NCBI GenBank assembly: GCA_012026655.1 | Contig: JAAILG010001584.1 | Location: 1 to 64,000, forward strand | Source: Hydrolagus affinis | Lineage: Eukaryota | Direction: 5' to 3' | Length of the DNA: 64,000 nucleotides | Shown: positions 61,601 through 64,000 of the stretch, one piece after another | How positions within the stretch are numbered: the stretch's first letter is position 1 | Layout of the letters: the number at the start of each line of letters is the position of its first letter | Made by a program: the position numbers and the translations under genes | Notes under the pieces: model-generated | The model's input: the letters and a program-made list of their open reading frames with translations, nothing else | Databases searched by the model: none | Told to the model about the DNA's origin: nothing

Positions 61601-63702
61601 AGAAGAAGTGACTGATGACTGATTTGGAATTATTTTGCCAATAATTTCATTCTTATAGTACAAGAAAATTATTCATAATGCAAAAAAATTCACTATTAAA
61701 AAACTACTCCCAATCCATAACTTGGTAAAACACTTAGCAGTTTCACACTGAAACTATTTTTAAAAATAGGTGTAAAGATACAGCTCTGAAAATTTCCATG
61801 CCCTTGCTCTTCAAGTCCATTGCTTTAAAATTCAGCTTCAAGCAGAATTTCAGAAAATAAATTCTGTTTAAAAATTGTGGAAACAAATGGCTTATGAATT
61901 AAGGTGGAATTAAAATGTTAAGACAATGGTTCTAAGATTAAGACTAAGAGACATGTTGTGTCATTTCATTGAAGTCCTATTGTCAGTGCTCAGTGCATCC
62001 CGTCACTTGTTCAGCTTTGCTCAGTTGCTTACCTTAAGATATTTGGGTGGCTTGAATTTGAAGAAAGAAGTCAGTTCATTTTGGAAGGCGTTCAGCTGCA
62101 ACAGGTTTGGCATATAACTTACCCAGGATAAATCTGTAAACCCAAAATAAATACCAGTATTGACTCACAATTTGGACAATAAGCAAGTTGATTGCTATAA
62201 TTCACAGTGAGCTACATTAGATACTTCTTCCAACACATTTTATTAGGATTTGATTACACTGCTTGAACTACTCCATAATACAAATAGTTCTAGTAATAGA
62301 CAATCTAATTATCATATAGCATTGCTAGTTTCAAACGGTTCTCAAAAATTAAGGTGACCTGCAGCAAGGCTTCCAAAAGCTAAGTGTTCATTACCAATTG
62401 TCACTGCTATTGCAGTATCGAAGCTTCCGTTTATTCTCTTGGTTGTAGGTCATGGAAAGGAGAACGTTTTGCCACATTCTAATAATGTCACATTCTAATA
62501 GACAAACTCAACTGGCTTCCCATCGATACAGACGATACAGTTTAAGATCCTGGTCCTCAACTTCAAAGCCCTCCATGGCTTCACTCCGCCCCTATCTCTA
62601 TTACTTCATAATCCCCTACCAACCTGCTCACTGCTCACTCCAACCTCTCAGTGGGCCCCGCCCCGCTTCACGTCCCCCGCATCCCCTTCTTCATTTCTTA
62701 TGGCTACCCTAGAAATTATTTGTTTTACGCATCAACATACATACAGATACCTGTAATTTTGTTGTTAGAAATGTCAATGTTCTGAATGAAATTGTAGTTC
62801 GAAAGAATGGATACATCGATTAATTCAAGATCCTGCATAACAGAAAACGAGTGCTTATTTGCATGGTTTGCATACTCTAAATATAGTCAGAAATAGGGTA
62901 TAATCAGATGTATAATCTTCGAATGATGGAATACACTGAATTAAACTGGATCATTTGATAACGCCGTAGGCAAGCAGCGTGGCAGACCCAAAATATGGCT
63001 GCTCGAATATGCCTGTTTCCTGCTGTTCATAGAATGACAGAAATTCACAGTGAAGAGGCCGATTCGATAACAGCTTTTAAAAGAGAATTAGATCTTTATT
63101 TAGGGAGAACAGGTCTGTTAGGTTATGGGGAGAGAGCTGGGCAGTGGCATTGAGTTGCCCTTTGCAAAGAGCCGGCACAGACTAGATGAGCCAAATGGCC
63201 TCCTTTTGTACTGTAAAATTCTATGATTCTATGATTATAGAAATAAGTAAGTACAGAGTTTCCCTCCAGGGAAGGTGCACACTCTATTCTGGACAAAGGG
63301 AAATCTCGACGTCTATGTTTGCCATGGATACTCAGCATGGTTTCCATGTGTATTTTAAAGAAAAAAAATGAACTGATCAGCTGTAAACCAGCTATTGATG
63401 CAAATACCCACATGTCACATCAGTAATTGAGAGATTCATCACTTCAAAGAAAATATGTAAGCAGATTCGTAAAAAAAGATGACTTTAATTGGAGTTAACC
63501 ATTCTGCTTACCAACCATGCTTTATATTCAGTTCAATATTTCCACCACATCATCTACAATTCAATTGTCCCCAGAAAAATGAATATGTACTTACAGGCAG
63601 GAAGAGATCGAGGTAGACTAGTTCTTGGCCAGAAGCTGAGTGGCTTAACCTTGACAACCCATTATTTATTTGTGGTTGTGTCAATCTACCATCAAAAATG
63701 TT
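25412..63702 (-). CDS. LRGUK: Leucine-rich repeat and guanylate kinase domain-containing protein, 19 exons in window (5' exon outside), 772 aa in window
   Basis: The 19 minus-strand GT-AG exons listed below total 2319 nt with unbroken phase. They encode SDS22-like LRRs, an LRR cap (NPIQDNPDYW), a GUK-like domain ([52 protein letters not shown]) and C-terminal [10 protein letters not shown]. Confidence 0.95.
27059..27228 (-). CDS. LRGUK: LRGUK exon (low-complexity tail)
   Basis: [56 protein letters not shown]; cttcag / gtttgt; phase 2 to 1. Confidence 0.8.
30094..30228 (-). CDS. LRGUK: LRGUK exon (low-complexity tail)
   Basis: [44 protein letters not shown]; ctgcag / gtatgt; open, phase 2-2. 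Confidence 0.8.
31627..31715 (-). CDS. LRGUK: LRGUK exon
   Basis: [29 protein letters not shown]; tattag / gtaaaa. Confidence 0.88.
32583..32737 (-). CDS. LRGUK: LRGUK exon
   Basis: [12 protein letters not shown]...[26 protein letters not shown]; ttgtag / gtaaaa; phase fits. Confidence 0.88.
33923..34042 (-). CDS. LRGUK: LRGUK exon
   Basis: [39 protein letters not shown]; gtacag / gtgagt. Confidence 0.92.
34997..35198 (-). CDS. LRGUK: LRGUK exon (GUK)
   Basis: [29 protein letters not shown]...[15 protein letters not shown]; acgtag / gtaagt. Confidence 0.94.
35695..36170 (-). mobile_element. L2 LINE 3' fragment inserted into a Deu-SINE
   Basis: L2 tail (gggacgtcctcccgacgtgaaag...taattttgttgttgttg on minus) splits a SINE whose tail resumes at ~36171-36210. 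Confidence 0.88.
36213..36326 (-). CDS. LRGUK: LRGUK exon (GUK)
   Basis: [38 protein letters not shown]; ctgcag / gtaata. Confidence 0.94.
39973..40069 (-). CDS. LRGUK: LRGUK exon (GUK)
   Basis: [32 protein letters not shown]; tttcag / gtaaga. Confidence 0.94.
40545..40880 (-). mobile_element. Ancient SINE remnant, LF-SINE-like
   Basis: Minus strand has a decayed tRNA-like head and cacagttcagcactaataggcatcaagttg, resembling the LF-SINE core CACAATTGGCACTAATTGGCACC as I recall it. Confidence 0.45.
45961..46080 (-). CDS. LRGUK: LRGUK exon (GUK P-loop region)
   Basis: [39 protein letters not shown]; tcacag / gtaagc. Confidence 0.94.
46400..47485 (+). mobile_element. L2 LINE with internal deletions
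   Basis: RT remnants ([31 protein letters not shown]) through to the 3' tail gtgtacttttgttgttg. Confidence 0.9.
48340..48446 (-). CDS. LRGUK: LRGUK exon
   Basis: [35 protein letters not shown](S); ctttag / gtattc. Confidence 0.93.
48620..48975 (-). mobile_element. Older SacSINE1/AmnSINE1-like DeuSINE with full Deu domain
   Basis: gtggacattaaagatcccatggcactaattgaaaagagaagggagtttctcccagtgtcttggcc matches the Deu core; similar copies at ~3720-3950, 24770-25050, 52550-52940. Confidence 0.75.
49504..49867. mobile_element. Tc1/pogo-type MITE
   Basis: TA|CAGTAAAGCCCGTTTATC ... GATAAACGGGCTTCTACTG|TA. Confidence 0.88.
49873..50789 (+). mobile_element. Tigger/pogo DNA transposon deletion derivative retaining the CENP-B-type HTH coding region
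   Basis: TIRs CAGGTAAGCATTGGTTTACGACG and (reverse complement) CAGGTAAACCTCTATTTACGACG, 18/23 identical; ORF 50160-50603 has [42 protein letters not shown]...[18 protein letters not shown]; no DDE domain. Confidence 0.92.
50792..50986. mobile_element. Tc1/pogo-type MITE (different TIR family)
   Basis: TIRs TAGTAAAACCTTGATAATCCGACATT and (reverse complement) TAGTAGAACCTTGATAATCTGGCATT, 23/26 identical. Confidence 0.85.
53054..53140 (-). CDS. LRGUK: LRGUK exon (LRR cap)
   Basis: [29 protein letters not shown]; gtttag / gtaaac. Confidence 0.93.
54152..54232 (-). CDS. LRGUK: LRGUK exon (LRR)
   Basis: [27 protein letters not shown]; ctacag / gtatgg. Confidence 0.93.
54495..54855 (+). repeat. 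Unclassified old interspersed repeat, 4 diverged copies
   Basis: Blocks ggaatggaatg..actctctccctgga and gctaaaaccgcatagcttgccattgatatc are shared in part with ~17860-18030(+), 43967-44350(+) and 31130-31430(-). Confidence 0.7.
55040..55183 (-). CDS. LRGUK: LRGUK exon (LRR)
   Basis: [48 protein letters not shown]; tttcag / gtaaca. Confidence 0.93.
56573..56697 (-). CDS. LRGUK: LRGUK exon (LRR)
   Basis: [41 protein letters not shown]; tcacag / gtaggt. Confidence 0.93.
56698..58914 (-). other. Probable U12-type GT-AG intron of LRGUK
   Basis: 5' splice site GTATCCTTT (plus-strand aaaggatac 58906-58914); branch-like TTCCTTATA (56715-56723) close to AG with no real pyrimidine tract. Confidence 0.85.
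58915..58996 (-). CDS. LRGUK: LRGUK exon (LRR), followed by U12 intron
   Basis: [27 protein letters not shown]; ttgcag / gtatccttt. Confidence 0.93.
62033..62133 (-). CDS. LRGUK: LRGUK exon (LRR)
   Basis: [33 protein letters not shown]; ttacag / gtaagc. Confidence 0.93.
62751..62832 (-). CDS. LRGUK: LRGUK exon (LRR)
   Basis: [27 protein letters not shown]; atgcag / gtatct. Confidence 0.92.
63595..63702 (-). CDS. LRGUK: LRGUK exon (first in window)
   Basis: [36 protein letters not shown]; ttacag / gtaagt. Confidence 0.92.
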
Positions 63703-64000
63703 CTGTAAAACAAGATCCATTTCATAATCCAGATCTCTTCTCATCCCAAAAAAAGCATTTTTGAGCAGGAATCTCAATAGGTTAAAAAAAAATGGCATGA
63801 AATTATACAATGGAAGTTCCCGGTTGAATGTTTGGCAAGTTACAACTGCAAAGCAACCCAGATTAGCTTGCTGCTCCAAGGTGATGTGCTTGGAAAAGGC
63901 ACGTTGGAACAAAGCCAGCCCTCTGTTGTGGTCTGGTTAGTCCTGTTCCTGAGCCAGGCAGGTCCGCAATGTTCCAGGACAGCCTGATCAGTCACTGGGG

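Noticed and set aside
62751-62770. LRGUK exon end aacaacaaaattaca resembles the L2 tail
   Set aside because: It encodes the conserved LRR motif NNKIT; coincidental

Overview
Repeat-rich vertebrate genomic DNA, most likely a cartilaginous fish (chimaera/elephant-shark-like), inferred from the Deu-domain tRNA-SINEs, L2 and CR1 LINE fragments and a Penelope-type hairpin. Two spliced genes can be assembled by hand with consistent exon phases. SLC35B4 (nucleotide-sugar transporter) is complete on +: 10 coding exons, 11264-19558, 325 aa. LRGUK (LRR plus guanylate-kinase-like) is convergent on -: 19 exons, 63702 down to 25412, 772 aa in the window, first exon beyond the window end. Each gene has one GT-AG U12-type intron. 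Nearly all entries in the supplied ORF track are spurious or repeat-derived. Worth a second look: (1) a 56-bp hairpin carrying a hammerhead-ribozyme core between the two 3' ends; (2) a chain of phase-compatible, stop-interrupted minus-strand exons upstream of the ZNF143/NRF1 promoter, a candidate unitary pseudogene or lncRNA; (3) a weaker antisense exon chain interleaved with LRGUK; (4) three Tc1/pogo-type elements end to end; (5) an LRGUK donor site partly supplied by a SINE tail. I found no convincing evidence of a wholly new biological system. All homology calls are from memory and no searches were run.
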